From: Macrostomum lignano
Taxonomy: Eukaryota
Assembly: GCA_002269645.1 (NCBI GenBank)
Contig: NIVC01000467.1
Location: 362,232-426,231 of the forward strand
Direction: 5' to 3'
DNA length: 64,000 nt
The notes below the pieces were generated by a model. It saw only the letters and a program-made list of their open reading frames with translations. It was not told the DNA's origin and made no database searches. The translations under genes and the position numbers were made by a program. Below, piece after piece: positions 1 to 12,724 of this stretch; position 1 is the first letter of the stretch, and the number at the start of each line of letters is the position of its first letter.

Positions 1-514
1 CGTCTAAAATGTCAGAATTATCAATGCAACCAGGAAAGTAGGCCTCTTTGCCTAAGTATTTTTCTTCGTATTTACGATAGCCAACATATTGTTGCCAGCG
101 GCTGAACCAAGCCATAGAAAGCACGTACCATTCTTGACCGAGGACTAAACTGGAACCCCTGCACTTTTTCACAGCATCCCTCTGCCTCTTTAGACAAGAA
201 ATCATTGGATCATCAGTCTGGGGATTCACACTTGTTGATGCATTTGACGTCGATACAGGCTTTGGTTTAGTAGAATCTACCTTGGCGCTCATAGATTGAG
301 ATGAAGAGTGACAAACTTCCATTGGCGTTTCGCCATTATTTTGAGCGACAGGTGTATTACTGCCTTCGGTATCCATGGCTACACTCTGGTCATGATTATC
401 CTGCTGACTTTTCTGTTGGTGATTACCAATGTGTTGGCTGTCTTTTACTTCAGATGATTTTGAAAGAGAAGAAATCGAGTCTTCATTGTCGCGCAGAACG
501 CTGTCAACAGTCAT
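1..514 (-). CDS. Ubiquitin carboxyl-terminal hydrolase USP4/11/15 family, N-terminus with DUSP domain; truncated by the window edge
   Basis: Manual translation from ATG at 514, open to base 1 (171 codons): MTVDSVLRD...LVLGQEWYVLSMAWFSRWQQYVGYRKYEEKYLGKEAYFPGCIDNSDILD. Matches the DUSP pattern of USP15/USP4 (G.TWYLVD..WFKQWKKYVG...PGPIDNS.LL). Not in the ORF track because it has no stop within the window. Confidence 0.88.
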   Translation of the reverse strand, partial: MTVDSVLRDNEDSISSLSKSSEVKDSQHIGNHQQKSQQDNHDQSVAMDTEGSNTPVAQNNGETPMEVCHSSSQSMSAKVDSTKPKPVSTSNASTSVNPQTDDPMISCLKRQRDAVKKCRGSSLVLGQEWYVLSMAWFSRWQQYVGYRKYEEKYLGKEAYFPGCIDNSDILD

Positions 515-1923
515 GCCTTCTTCTCTCTAACTATACCAGACACCTTAAGCAAAGCGTGTTTAAAAGCCGTTTCTCGCTGTAGATCTGCTAACGTAAACAC
601 AGCAATGTAAACAATTTTTTGAATAAGTAAAAATTTGCAGAAGTTAAAAGAGCTAACTAGTAAAACATGTTAATAGAAGCTTAAACAGCGGTGCTCTTTC
701 ACTATTGAAGATTGGTAAATTAACATACAGGCTCCTGATTAAACGGTGACTGCAATAAGGTCTGCTCTATAAGATTCGGAATGACATATCTTAGATTAAA
801 CCACTTTAAAGCTCACTTTCAGGGAGGTTATTGACATAGATTTTATTTTGCGGGATTTAATCGATCACTTTCCCGGACATATTGCAAGGATTATTGTATG
901 TATCTAAATAAGCGAGCTTCTCTCATCTCTTCCTACGTGACTCGAGAAGTTTCCTAATGAAATTTTGTCTATGGTAAGAATGTGGGGGCTTCGCCCCCAC
1001 ACTCCCAGAAGGGGCTTCGCTCCCACACCCCCATCCCCAACTTCAACCATAGACATACAAGTATGGCTCCGGGATTTATCTGAATACATCCCGCAAAATT
1101 AAAGTAGTTTAAATAAGATATTCTATGGGTTTTTCGGTCGGTATTTCACTTAAATCCCTCGAGCCGATTTAATCACATACCGACCTCAAACCCATGGAAT
1201 ATCTTATACTTATCATTAGATATGTATTTAGCCGATTAAAAATAGACTCAAGGCATTAAGAAACAAAATTCAAAGAATACTGGTTCTTGTATAGTGTATG
1301 TATTTTGTACAATAGAACGTACATTTATAAGCACTACATCATCGTGAAGACAATGAGCAACTCATGGATTACTTAGAAAATGGCTAGGATATATTACTTT
1401 TTAATAAATTTGAAAATGCATTATTACATCCAACTAGCAGTATCACAATTGAAGCAACACCTTAGCTACTACTAAATTTCGGAAGACAAACTGATGAATT
1501 CGCGCTGTTTCTATTTTCAAGTCACTGAAGGATTAAGTGGATCAGAAGTCGACATAAAAGTAGACAAGAGATACGATTGAAAAGGGGAGAGAGGATACAG
1601 AAGAGAGAAGAAAGCTGAGAAGAGACATACACACTGAGTGGGCTTTTATTGCTATTGAGCAGTTCTAAAGGACCTGAGAGCCGGGTAGAGAGGCCTCGCG
1701 GGCTGCATATGGCCTATGGCCTGGAGTTTGCCAACTCCTGAAGTAGATTACGCGTGTCTAGTAGAATCCAACTGTAAGACCCCAAAGTAAGGGATCAATA
1801 ATAATAATAATAATTGAATACACCTGCGACCTGCCCCAATTGGGCCAGATGTACAACCGTATGGTATAGTATGGACCCGGTTAAGATGTCAAATCGAAAT
1901 ATCGATCACTTTTAATCTAAGTT

Positions 1924-2403
1924 TTATGGAAGCATATCGCAGAAGCTATGCACATCGGAGGCGGCAGTGTGACGCATTACATTAGACGGATACGTAACTA
2001 ACAGGACGCCAGCAGACACGCGCACTAGTATTAATCCACCAGCTGGCGAGGACAGCTCGCTACTGGCGCAATTTAACAGGGGCGCACAATGAACTACTGA
2101 CGCAGATTTCTCCAACGGTCGATACTGATGACTGCCCAATACTAAACGAGTATTTAACACTTTGGCATCAAATTTTGGCAAGCGATTGTAGCGAAATAGA
2201 TTTAAGCACAATTGGCACAGCTCCTGGGTTGGCCAATGAGATGCCAGTGCTAAACGACCTTCAGCGTGGGCCAGCAGCCCGGATGGTTGTAGGATTAATG
2301 CGACACCGTCTATTCTACCGCGGCATAGTAGGTGTTGACGAATCTTCTGGCTCCAGGCCTCACAGTCTTCTGGTGGAGAGGTTAAACTCATTGGTGAAGG
2401 CAT
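1924..2403 (-). CDS. Divergent profilin-like protein, single exon
   Basis: 159-aa ORF with profilin-spaced motifs: N-terminal W helix (AWSQKIRQHLL), GRIDGVALI..SG..A, LVLGSHQY (cf. LTLGGQKY), GGLILVRV..GVLLVTY (cf. GGVCIVKT..AILIALY) and C-terminal helix AASDVHSFCDML (cf. A...V..LADYL). Confidence 0.7.
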   Translation of the reverse strand: MPSPMSLTSPPEDCEAWSQKIRQHLLCRGRIDGVALILQPSGLLAHAEGRLALASHWPTQELCQLCLNLFRYNRLPKFDAKVLNTRLVLGSHQYRPLEKSASVVHCAPLLNCASSELSSPAGGLILVRVSAGVLLVTYPSNVMRHTAASDVHSFCDMLP

Positions 2404-2483
2404 AAATTTTTTTTCAAATTTGACAGGTAAGTTTCACCTTGTTGTAAATCAATTCTGCGAAACAACCGTTAGGAATTAGTGTA

Positions 2484-3606
2484 TGGGCCATGGCTTACAC
2501 TGAAGGACTGCATTGGGACTAGGTCATGGACTCATGGGTCACAGTGAATGACTGGCATTGGGACTGGGTCATGGGTCACAGTGAATGACTGACATTGGGA
2601 CTTTGTCATGGGTCATAGCGTACACTGAAGGACTCACATTGGGACTGGGTCATAGGTCATCATAGTTTATACTGAAGAACTGGCCTTGGGACTTTGTCAT
2701 GGGTCATCATAGCTTATACTGAATGACTGGCATTGGGACTGAGTCATGGGTCACACTGAAGGACTGGCATTGGGAATGGGTCATGGGTCACAGTGAATGA
2801 CTGGCATTGGGACTTTGTCATGGGTCATAGCGTACACTGAAGGACTCACATTGGGACTGGGTCATAGGTCATCATAGTTTATACTGAAGAACTGGCCTTG
2901 GGACTTTGTCATGGGTCATCATAGCTTATACTGAATGACTGGCATTGGGACTGGGTCATGGGTCATAGCGTACACTGAAGGACTCACATTGGGACTGGGT
3001 AATGGGTCACAGTGAATAACTGACATTGGGACTGGTTCATAGGCCGTGGGTCATAGTGAATGACTGAAATAAGGACTGGGTCATAGGTCACAGTGAATGA
3101 CTGGCATTAAGGACTTTGTCATGGGTCATCATAGCTGATACTGAATGACTGGCATTGGGACTGGGTCATGGGTCATCATAGCTTATACTGAATGACTGGC
3201 ATTGGGACTGGGTCATGGGTCATAGCGTACACTGAAGGACTCACATTGGGACTGGGTAATGGGTCACAGTGAATAACTGACATTGGGACTGGTTCATAGG
3301 CCGCAGGTCATAGTGAATGACTGAAATAAGGACTGGGTCATAGGTCACAGTGAATGACTGGCATTAAGGACTTTGTCATGGGTCATCATAGCTGATACTG
3401 AATGACTGGCATTGGGACTGGGTCATGGGTCATCATAGCTTATACTGAATGACTGGCATTGGGACTGGGTCATGGGTCATAGCGTACACTGAAGGACTCA
3501 CATTGGGACTGGGTCATGGGTCATAGCTTATACTGAAGGACTGGCATTGGGACTGGGTCATAGGCCGTGGGTCATAGTGAATGACTGGAATTGGAAATGG
3601 GTCATG
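2484..3606. repeat. Degenerate minisatellite, ~30-40 bp units (core GGGTCA..GAATGACTGGCATTGGGACT)
   Basis: Directly visible tandem units with recurring higher-order blocks. Confidence 0.95.
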
Positions 3607-4297
3607 GGTGATGATGGGATTGTAACAGAATTGTTTTGATACAAATAAAGAAAAAACTCTACACGACAAGATCGCTAAAAGTTACATTCCAGAATAAAAC
3701 AACAACCTTTGCTTTGTTTTATTTTTCAGTATGCAGACTTTGAAAAGAGGTTATAATATAGTTTATTAGTAGGCAGTAAAAGTCAAACAGAAATATCGAT
3801 ATAACTGTTTCAGGACGTACTTTAATTGCGAGATGACACTTTTTGTTTGAAATTTTATCCAGCAGCTGAGTTTCAAATAAAACATAAATAATAATTGCAA
3901 CAATATTAATTTACACAGGGCAATTTATTTCAAGAAAGGATACAATTGAACTAACTAATTTCATTTTAATATGCTACCGGGTAGAATGTTGGTGGGTGGT
4001 TTTGAATAAATATTAATTGATTTGTCACTTTCTAACCCGGAAATTACGAGACACAGTATAAAAAATAAGTGTCCTAGTTAATGGTCGTTATTTAACACTT
4101 TGTTATGAAAATCAATGCAGAGACAATAATTTAATTAGTTCGTCGTGTTCTTTAAATAAAATCGTCAGTTGATCCTGAAGGATAATTGAGTGAATTTAGA
4201 TTATTTCTCAAGTCATATTTAGCAGAGCGACACGAATCTCGTTTGTTTTATTCAATAGAGTAGAGCGACAAAAAGTTATTCAGTATCTTCCGTGTGT

Positions 4298-5383
4298 TTA
4301 ATTAGAAGGCTTTGCATCTGCTCCTTTTTCCCCTGTGCCAGCCGCCGAAGCCGCAGTCTTGGCCGCTTGGGCATCTTTCGTTGCGCTACGATCGCCTTCA
4401 GCTTTCCAAGCCTGCCTATTGCGCGATTTGTCAATAGCCACGTCAACTAGGCCATTCACTTGGCCGCGCTCGCCCAGTATCTTCAACAGCTCCACTACCA
4501 TGGGTATGTAATTGTGTCGCCGCCTGGCGTTCTCGCGTTTGTACCGAGCGATCTTCTCCTCTTCGTGGCTAATGGCCTCGGTTAATCGGCTAATCTCGGC
4601 GGCCGCGGCTTCAGTTAATCCGCCACTTTCGTCGCCGCCTTCGTCTAGGGCGGCGGTCATCGTGTCCAACTGTTTCTGCAGTACAGTCTTCCTGTCGGAT
4701 ATTACAGCTAGCAAAGTGAATCGCAGCTCCGAACTCGCATATCTTTGCATCCGTTTCCTAATCACCGGAATAGCGTGCTGCACCCATTCCTCAGTTGGTA
4801 GGCCGTCCGGTAGTCGGCCGTGATCGATCGGACCGCGTTTCAACCCGTCCAGTTCGTACAGCCGGCCATTGATTGGCACGTAGGCAATGAAATGCGACGC
4901 TTCGTCGCGTTCTCCAGCCAGGCTATTGTCAAATTCTAGCATAGTCTGCCTACTAAAACTATTGTGCACCTGGCGTATGAGCGGCGAATTAGCCAATGCT
5001 AAGCCTTTAGTCTTCGAGTCGAAACTGGCGCTAAATGATTTCAAATTTTGCAAAGTGTCGCCCAATTCAACATCCTGATGCTGCACGTTAAGCAGCAAGT
5101 TCACAATCGCCAGGGTTGCACAAGCATTATTTACAACCTGATTAGCGAAGTAAATCTCTTCCTCTAGGCGCGAGTCCAACACGATGCTCTCATCTGTATC
5201 CGTTGGCTGCTGTTCTTTTTCGCACATAAACAAAAATATGAGTCCGTGCAACGGTTTCAATTCGATTGAATCTTCCAGACTCCAGATTTCTTCAACTTCT
5301 ACGCCTTTGCAGCCAAAGCCGCGAATTAGTTCAGTAAATACGCCAGGATCGCTTTCGATTAGGCACCAGTCACTTTCGGACAT
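4298..5383 (-). CDS. UCHL5: Ubiquitin C-terminal hydrolase L5 (UCH37), intronless
   Basis: WCLIESDPGVFTELI N-terminus, catalytic motifs Q..NNACAT (Cys), HFIAY (His), YELDGL (Asp), and C-terminal ENARRRHNYIP coiled-coil typical of UCHL5. Confidence 0.97.
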   Translation of the reverse strand: MSESDWCLIESDPGVFTELIRGFGCKGVEVEEIWSLEDSIELKPLHGLIFLFMCEKEQQPTDTDESIVLDSRLEEEIYFANQVVNNACATLAIVNLLLNVQHQDVELGDTLQNLKSFSASFDSKTKGLALANSPLIRQVHNSFSRQTMLEFDNSLAGERDEASHFIAYVPINGRLYELDGLKRGPIDHGRLPDGLPTEEWVQHAIPVIRKRMQRYASSELRFTLLAVISDRKTVLQKQLDTMTAALDEGGDESGGLTEAAAAEISRLTEAISHEEEKIARYKRENARRRHNYIPMVVELLKILGERGQVNGLVDVAIDKSRNRQAWKAEGDRSATKDAQAAKTAASAAGTGEKGADAKPSN

Positions 5384-5624
5384 TGCTAGAGTACAGTGTG
5401 CCCTTTAGGAGTTAATAGTTTCGTTGATTAAACTAGGTTTTGTTTTACTGCACTGATGGATAATGTTGTTCTCATGCATTATTTTTAAATTATTAATTAT
5501 TGTTACTAAATAAAAAAACAGTTTAAAATGGATTGAGCAGTGTCTAATGGGTCAGATGCCAACTGAACATTGAAACAGGTACTGTCTAACAGTAGTAAAG
5601 GATGTCCTTCTAACGTAACGGGGA

Positions 5625-5800
5625 ATGATGTCCTTGGTTAACGGTGAATGAGGTCATTGATTAACGGTAGATGAGGCCCTTGGTTAACGGTGAATGAGGC
5701 CCTTGGTTAACGGTGAATGAGGCCCTTGGTTAACGGTGAATGAGGTCCTTGGTTAACGGTGGTGAAAGAGGTCCTTGGTTAACGGTGAATGAGGACCTAG
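5625..5800. repeat. 23-bp minisatellite (GGTTAACGGTGAATGAGGCCCTT)
   Basis: Several tandem copies visible. Confidence 0.9.
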
Positions 5801-6157
5801 CTAATCAGTGAATGGTCCTAGCTAAATAGTGGATGAGGTTTTAATACTCAACAGCGAAATTCTAAAAAAAGATTATATTATTTGTAAGTAAAAATCTGCT
5901 ATTGATAAAATTTTATTTAATAGTTATTTGTACACATACCATATTGACAGGACATGCATTTTCCAGTATAAATACAAATCAGTATTTCATATAATTAGAG
6001 AAATCAATAATTATGCAAGAGGCTAGACATATTGGAAAGTAATTAACGGCATTAGAGTGTCCACAGGTTAGACAAAATTTAATTCTTTAGCTTAATTTCG
6101 CAAATTTCGAATTCAATAAGTTTTGTTAAGCGTGCATTATTGGTCGCATCTTCAATT

Positions 6158-7739
6158 TTAGCCAGTCAGCTCGTCCAGTTTGGCTTGAATGTCTTCCAGC
6201 TGGAATGAGTGTTTAAATCATTTTAGTCTTTCAGTTTGATGCAGGAGGCTGTGTGCAACCTGGCGCACTTTAAGCGGCATTGTCACACAACCGGCGAGAG
6301 GCATTAGTGCCCATTCCGCCGACTCCCCTGAGCAGGCACACAAGCGCGCGGATACGTACGCAGTCATACGCACAGGCACACACTCACACAGGAGTGTACA
6401 GCGGCCCTAACGTTATTCATCGCTAGGCATGTACACTTCACTGTGCCTTGGGGGTTGGCCCTCAAGCTGGGCGTTAATTGCACGAGCAGAGCCAAGCCGA
6501 GATTCCAATTTAGCCACAAATTAATGTGACTGCACTTGGAATCGAGCCTGGGCCGCTGGCACATCAAATCATAATATTTCCAGTTTTTGAAGAGAACCAT
6601 ACATTTACACTTCTACTATTACTAAGTAGCTGATCAGCTATTGTAGCAGAAAACAATTCACTCACCTTCAAATAGAACTGATACAATTCATCATGGTTAA
6701 ACTCTACGACTACATGTTCCGCGTTCGGACCTCCCAGCGTCTCATTGTCGCGCAGTACAAAGTCAAGCGTAGCAATTGGCGTTCTGGTGTTAGCCTTGGA
6801 GCTCTGCGCCAGGGTAATACCCAGCTTCCAATTGATGTCGGACAATTCTTTCGGAGCAAATGAACGCGTTTTAAAAGCTTCAACAATGTCCTTGGCCGAT
6901 TTGGACCAGACTTCGGCAATTGCTCGACAGTGAGTTTCTGCTAGACCAGATTGAGCTAATTGTTGAGCTAGCTGATTCGGCTTAGTGATCGAGTAGGCCG
7001 CCGATTTGAGCACCTTTTGTTAAAATGGGAAGATTTATATTGCATACTTTTACAGTATAATGTTATTAATAATAATTGATTACACCTGCCATAATGGCCA
7101 GATGTGCAACCGACAGCTCAGCCGCAGCTATTGCGCGGCGCATCTGAAGGCTGCGTACGGCTGTTCAGTCCAAAGACTGGGGGGGGGGGGGGGGGGGTCG
7201 CCAGGCAAACCCCCAATTACTCCAGCTAATGCTGGCACCCATTTTACAGCTGGGTGAACTGAAGCAATGCAGAATTAAGTGTCTTGGTCAATCAAGGCCT
7301 CAAATTGTTCCGAGTGAGTCGGGAATAGAACCCCCGACCTTTCAGTCGTGAGTCCAACACTCTAACCACTAGGTTACAGCCCCTGCCTTTCGAACATATA
7401 CATGTAGCAAATAATATATAATATATAATATATAATATATAATATAATACCTGGTATATTGCGTAACAAAGAAATTAAACAAAAAACAGCCACTTCAATT
7501 TGATCGAATTTCAAATAGATGTAGAAATAGTCATCGTTAAAACAATTTGCACTCACGTCAGCCAAGTAGCTAAGCAAGGAATTAAGATCGGCTCTGGTAA
7601 TGCCAAGCACAGAGATCAGCTTCTCAGCTTCATCGTCGGAGAATACGGCGTCCACCGTGTCGTCCGAGGCTAGAGTTGGCACTAGTCGCGACAAAATCGC
7701 AGTCAGTCTCTTCTCTTCTAATGCATTGACTATCTCCAT
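6158..7739 (-). CDS. COMMD10: COMM domain-containing protein 10; exons 7739(?)-7557, 7013-6666, 6199-6158
   Basis: Phase-0 GT-AG junctions join MEIVNALEEKRL...FSDDEAEKL...LLSYLAD | VLKSAAYS...INWKLGITLAQSS...VVVEFNHDELYQFYLK | LEDIQAKLDELTG*, colinear with COMMD10 ([42 protein letters not shown]). The start codon is uncertain; an upstream exon is possible. Confidence 0.9.
6278..6562 (-). mobile_element. tRNA-derived SINE family A, 5'-truncated copy in COMMD10 intron 2
   Basis: ~285 bp highly similar to 17890-18174 (inverted) and 44027-44357; B-box-like GGCTCGATTCC at the 5' end. Confidence 0.8.
7125..7375 (-). mobile_element. tRNA-derived SINE family B with CORE-like central domain, in COMMD10 intron 1
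   Basis: Minus strand reads CCTAGTGGTTAGAGTGTTGGACTC...GGTTCTATTCCCG (A and B boxes), then CAAGACACTTAA...CACCCAGCTGTAAAATGGGT, resembling CORE-type SINE cores. A tail fragment (CGGCTGTTCAGTCCAA.GACTG) recurs at ~21709-21731. Confidence 0.65.
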
Positions 7740-7852
7740 TGATGTAACAGAGGCTGCAGTGTATACTGAATGACAATTAGGTAATGATGACGCAACAGTA
7801 GGGACTAGTGAATTTACTGCAATATACTTCAATGAAATTAGTGCTACATGTA

Positions 7853-10800
7853 CCCTATAGTCATTAGGTGTCTTCTACCTTCAGATTAGTTACAGGGCCG
7901 CAATGCTACCCTATAGTCATTAGGTGTCTTCTACCTTCAGATTAGTTACAGGGCCGCAATGCTACCCTATAGTCATTAGGTGTCTTCTACCTTCAGATTA
8001 GTTACAGGGCCGCAATGCTACCCTATAGTCATTAGGTGTCTTCTACCTTCAGATTAGTTACAGGGCCGCAATGCTACCCTATAGTCATTAGGTGTCTTCT
8101 ACCTTCAGATTAGTTACAGGGCCGCAATGCTACCCTATAGTCATTAGGTGTCTTCTACCTTCAGATTAGTTACAGGGCCGCAATGCTACCCTATAGTCAT
8201 TAGGTGTCTTCTACCTTCGGATTAGTTACAGGGCCGCAATGCTACCCTATAGTCATTAGGTGTCTTCTACCTTCAGATTAGTTACAGGGCCGCAATGCTA
8301 CCCTATAGTCATTAGGTGTCTTCTACCTTCAGATTAGTTACAGGGCCGCAATGCTACCCTATAGTCATTAGGTGTCTTCTACCTTCAGATTAGTTACAGG
8401 GCCGCAATGCTACCCTATAGTCATTAGGTGTCTTCTACCTTCAGATTAGTTACAGGGCCGCAATGCTACCCTATAGTCATTAGGTGTCTTCTACCTTCAG
8501 ATTAGTTACAGGGCCGCAATGCTACCCTATACTCATTAGGTGTCTTCTACCTTCTGATAAGTTACAGGGCCGCAATGCTACCCTATAGTCATTAGGTGTC
8601 TTCTACCTTCAGATTAGTTACAGGGCCGCAATGCTACCCTATACTCAATAGGTGTCTTCTACCTTCAGATTAGTTAAATGGCCACAATGCTACCCTATAG
8701 TCATTAGGTGTCTTCTACCTTCGGATTAGTTACAGGGCCGCAATGCTACCCTATACTCAATAGGTGTCTTCTACCTTCAGATTAGTTACAGGGCCACAAT
8801 GCTACCCTATAGTCATTAGGTGTCTTCTACCTTCGGATTAGTTACAGGGCCGCAATGCTACCCTATACTCAATAGGTGTCTTCTACCTTTAGATTAGTTA
8901 CAGGGCCGCAATGCTACCCTATACTCAATAGGTGTCTTCTACCTTCAGATTAGTTACAGGGCCGCAATGCTACCCTATACTCATTAGGTGTCTTCTACCT
9001 TCGGATTAGTTACAGGGCCACAATGCTACCCTATAGTCATTAGGTGTCTTCTACCTTCGGATTAGTTACAGGGCCGCAATGCTACCCTATACTCAATAGG
9101 TGTCTTCTACCTTCAGATTAGTTACAGGGCCACAATGCTACCCTATAGTCATTAGGTGTCTTCTACCTTCGGATTAGTTACAGGGCCGCAATGCTACCCT
9201 ATACTCAATAGGTGTCTTCTACCTTTAGATTAGTTACAGGGCCGCAATGCTACCCTATACTCAATAGGTGTCTTCTACCTTCAGATTAGTTACAGGGCCG
9301 CAATGCTACCCTATACTCATTAGGTGTCTTCTACCTTCGGATTAGTTACAGGGCCACAATGCTATAGTCTTTAGGTGTCTTCTACCTTCAGATTAGTTAC
9401 AGGGCCGCAATGCTACCCTATAGTCATTAGGTGTCTTCTACCTTCGGATTAGTTACAGGGCCGCAATGCTACCCTATAGTCATTAGGTGTCTTCTACCTT
9501 CTGATAAGTTAAATGGCCTCAATGCTACCCTATACTCATTAGGTGTCTTCTACCTTCTGATAAGTTAAATGGCCACAATGCTACCCTATACTCATTAGGT
9601 GTCTTCTACCTTCTGATAAGTTAAATGGCCACAATGCTACCCTATACTCATTAGGTGTCTTCTACCTTCTGATAAGTTAAATGGCCTCAATGCTACCCTA
9701 TACTCATTAGGTGTCTTCTACCTTCTGATAAGTTAAATGGCCACAATGCTACCCTATACTCATTAGGTGTCTTCTACCTTCTGATAAGTTAAATGGCCAC
9801 AATGCTACCCTATACTCATTAGGTGTCTTCTACTTTCTGATAAGTTAAATGGCCACAATGCTACCCTATAGTCATGAGGTGTCTTCTACCTTCGGATTAG
9901 TTACAGGGCCACAATGCTACCCTATACTCATTAGGTGTCTTCTACCTTCTGATAAGTTAAATGGCCTCAATGCTACCCTATACTCATTAGGTGTCTTCTA
10001 CCTTCTGATAAGTTAAATGGCCTCAATGCTACCCTATACTCATTAGGTGTCTTCTACCTTCTGATAAGTTAAATGGCCTCAATGCTACCCTATACTCATT
10101 AGGTGTCTTCTACCTTCTGATAAGTTAAATGGCCTCAATGCTACCCTATACTCATTAGGTGTCTTCTACCTTCGGATTAGTTACAGGGCCACAATGCTAC
10201 CCTATACTCATTAGGTGTCTTCTACCTTCTGATAAGTTAAATGGCCACAATGCTACCCTATACTCATTAGGTGTCTTCTACCTTCTGATAAGTTAAATGG
10301 CCTCAATGCTACCCTATACTCATTAGGTGTCTTCTACCTTCTGATAAGTTAAATAGCCACAATGCTACCCTATACTCATTAGGTGTCTTCTACCTTCTGA
10401 TAAGTTAAATGGCCTCAATGCTACCCTATACTCATTAGGTGTCTTCTACCTTCTGATAAGTTAAATGGCCACAATGCTACCCTATACTCATTAGGTGTCT
10501 TCTACCTTCGGATTAGTTACAGGGCCACAATGCTACCCTATACTCATTAGGTGTCTTCTACCTTCTGATAAGTTAAATGGCCTCAATGCTACCCTATACT
10601 CATTAGGTGTCTTCTACCTTCTGATAAGTTAAATGGCCTCAATGCTACCCTATACTCATTAGGTGTCTTCTACCTTCGGATTAGTTACAGGGCCACAATG
10701 CTACCCTATACTCATTAGGTGTCTTCTACCTTCTGATAAGTTAAATGGCCACAATGCTACCCTATACTCATTAGGTGTCTTCTACCTTCTGATAAGTTAA

Positions 10801-12724
10801 ATGGCCTCAATGCTACCCTATACTCATTAGGTGTCTTCTACCTTCTGATAAGTTAAATGGCCTCAATGCTACCCTATACTCATTAGGTGTCTTCTACCTT
10901 CTGATAAGTTAAATGGCCACAATGCTACCCTATACTCATTAGGTGTCTTCTACCTTCTGATAAGTTAAATGGCCTCAATGCTACCCTATACTCATTAGGT
11001 GTCTTCTACCTTCTGATAAGTTAAATGGCCTCAATGCTACCCTATACTCATTAGGTGTCTTCTACCTTCTGATAAGTTAAATGGCCTCAATGCTACCCTA
11101 TACTCATTAGGTGTCTTCTACCTTCTGATAAGTTAAATGGCCACAATGCTACCCTATACTCATTAGGTGTCTTCTACCTTCTGATAAGTTAAATGGCCTC
11201 AATGCTACCCTATACTCATTAGGTGTCTTCTACCTTCGGATTAGTTACAGGGCCACAATGCTACCCTATACTCATTAGGTGTCTTCTACCTTCTGATAAG
11301 TTAAATGGCCTCAATGCTACCCTATACTCATTAGGTGTCTTCTACCTTCTGATAAGTTAAATGGCCTCAATGCTACCCTATACTCATTAGGTGTCTTCTA
11401 CCTTCGGATTAGTTACAGGGCCACAATGCTACCCTATACTCATTAGGTGTCTTCTACCTTCTGATAAGTTAAATGGCCACAATACTACCCTATACTCATT
11501 AGGTGTCTTCTACCTTCTGATAAGTTAAATGGCCTCAATGCTACCCTATACTCATTAGGTGTCTTCTACCTTCTGATAAGTTAAATGGCCTCAATGCTAC
11601 CCTATACTCATTAGGTGTCTTCTACCTTCTGATAAGTTAAATGGCCACAATGCTACCCTATACTCATTAGGTGTCTTCTACCTTCTGATAAGTTAAATGG
11701 CCTCAATGCTACCCTATACTCATTAGGTGTCTTCTACCTTCTGATAAGTTAAATGGCCACAATGCTACCCTATACTCATTAGGTGTCTTCTACCTTCTGA
11801 TAAGTTAAATGGCCTCAATGCTACCCTATACTCATTAGGTGTCTTCTACCTTCTGATAAGTTAAATGGCCTCAATGCTACCCTATACTCATTAGGTGCCT
11901 TCTACCTTCTGATAAGTTAAATGGCCTCAATGCTACCCTATACTCATTAGGTGTCTTCTACCTTCGGATTAGTTACAGGGCCACAATGCTACCCTATACT
12001 CATTAGGTGTCTTCTACCTTCTGATAAGTTAAATGGCCACAATGTTACCCTATACTCATTAGGTGTCTTCTACCTTCTGATAAGTTAAATGGCCTCAATG
12101 CTACCCTATACTCATTAGGTGTCTTCTACCTTCTGATAAGTTAAATGGCCTCAATGCTACCCTATACTCATTAGGTGTCTTCTACCTTCTGATAAGTTAA
12201 ATGGCCTCAATGCTACCCTATACTCATTAGGTGTCTTCTACCTTCTGATAAGTTAAATGGCCACAATGCTACCCTATACTCATTAGGTGTCTTCTACCTT
12301 CTGATAAGTTAAATGGCCACAATGCTACCCTATACTCATTAGGTGTCTTCTACCTTCGGATTAGTTACAGGGCCACAATGCTACCCTATACTCATTAGGT
12401 GTCTTCTACCTTCTGATAAGTTAAATGGCCTCAATGCTACCCTATACTCATTAGGTGTCTTCTACCTTCAGATTAGTTACAGGGCCGCAATGCTACCCTA
12501 TACTCATTAGGTGTCTTCTACCTTCTGATAAGTTAAATGGCCTCAATGCTACCCTATACTCATTAGGTGTCTTCTACCTTCGGATTAGTTACAGGGCCAC
12601 AATGCTACCCTATACTCATTAGGTGTCTTCTACCTTCGGATTAGTTACAGTGCCTCAATGCTACCCTATACTCAATAGGCGTCTTCTACCTTCTGATAAG
12701 TTAAATAGCCTCAATGCTACCCTA
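7853..12724. repeat. 56-bp satellite array, ~87 copies, two variant classes
   Basis: Unit ATGCTACCCTATAGTCATTAGGTGTCTTCTACCTTCAGATTAGTTACAGGGCCGCA on the left, variant ...CTGATAAGTTAAATGGCCTCA on the right. Confidence 0.99.

Noticed and set aside
301-582. 93-aa plus-strand ORF
   Set aside because: It is the antisense shadow of the USP4/15-like coding exon.
845-1200. Small inverted-repeat elements upstream of the USP gene (12-bp IR at 845/1099; hairpin ~1123-1195)
   Set aside because: Short IRs, no clear TSD and single copies here; probably old MITE remnants, but not supportable.
7853-12724. Resemblance of the 56-bp satellite's reverse strand (GCGGCCCTGTAACTAATCTGAAGGTAG) to the LSU rRNA H69 region
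   Set aside because: Only three 6-7 nt blocks with gaps, found after looking for it; not distinguishable from chance by eye.
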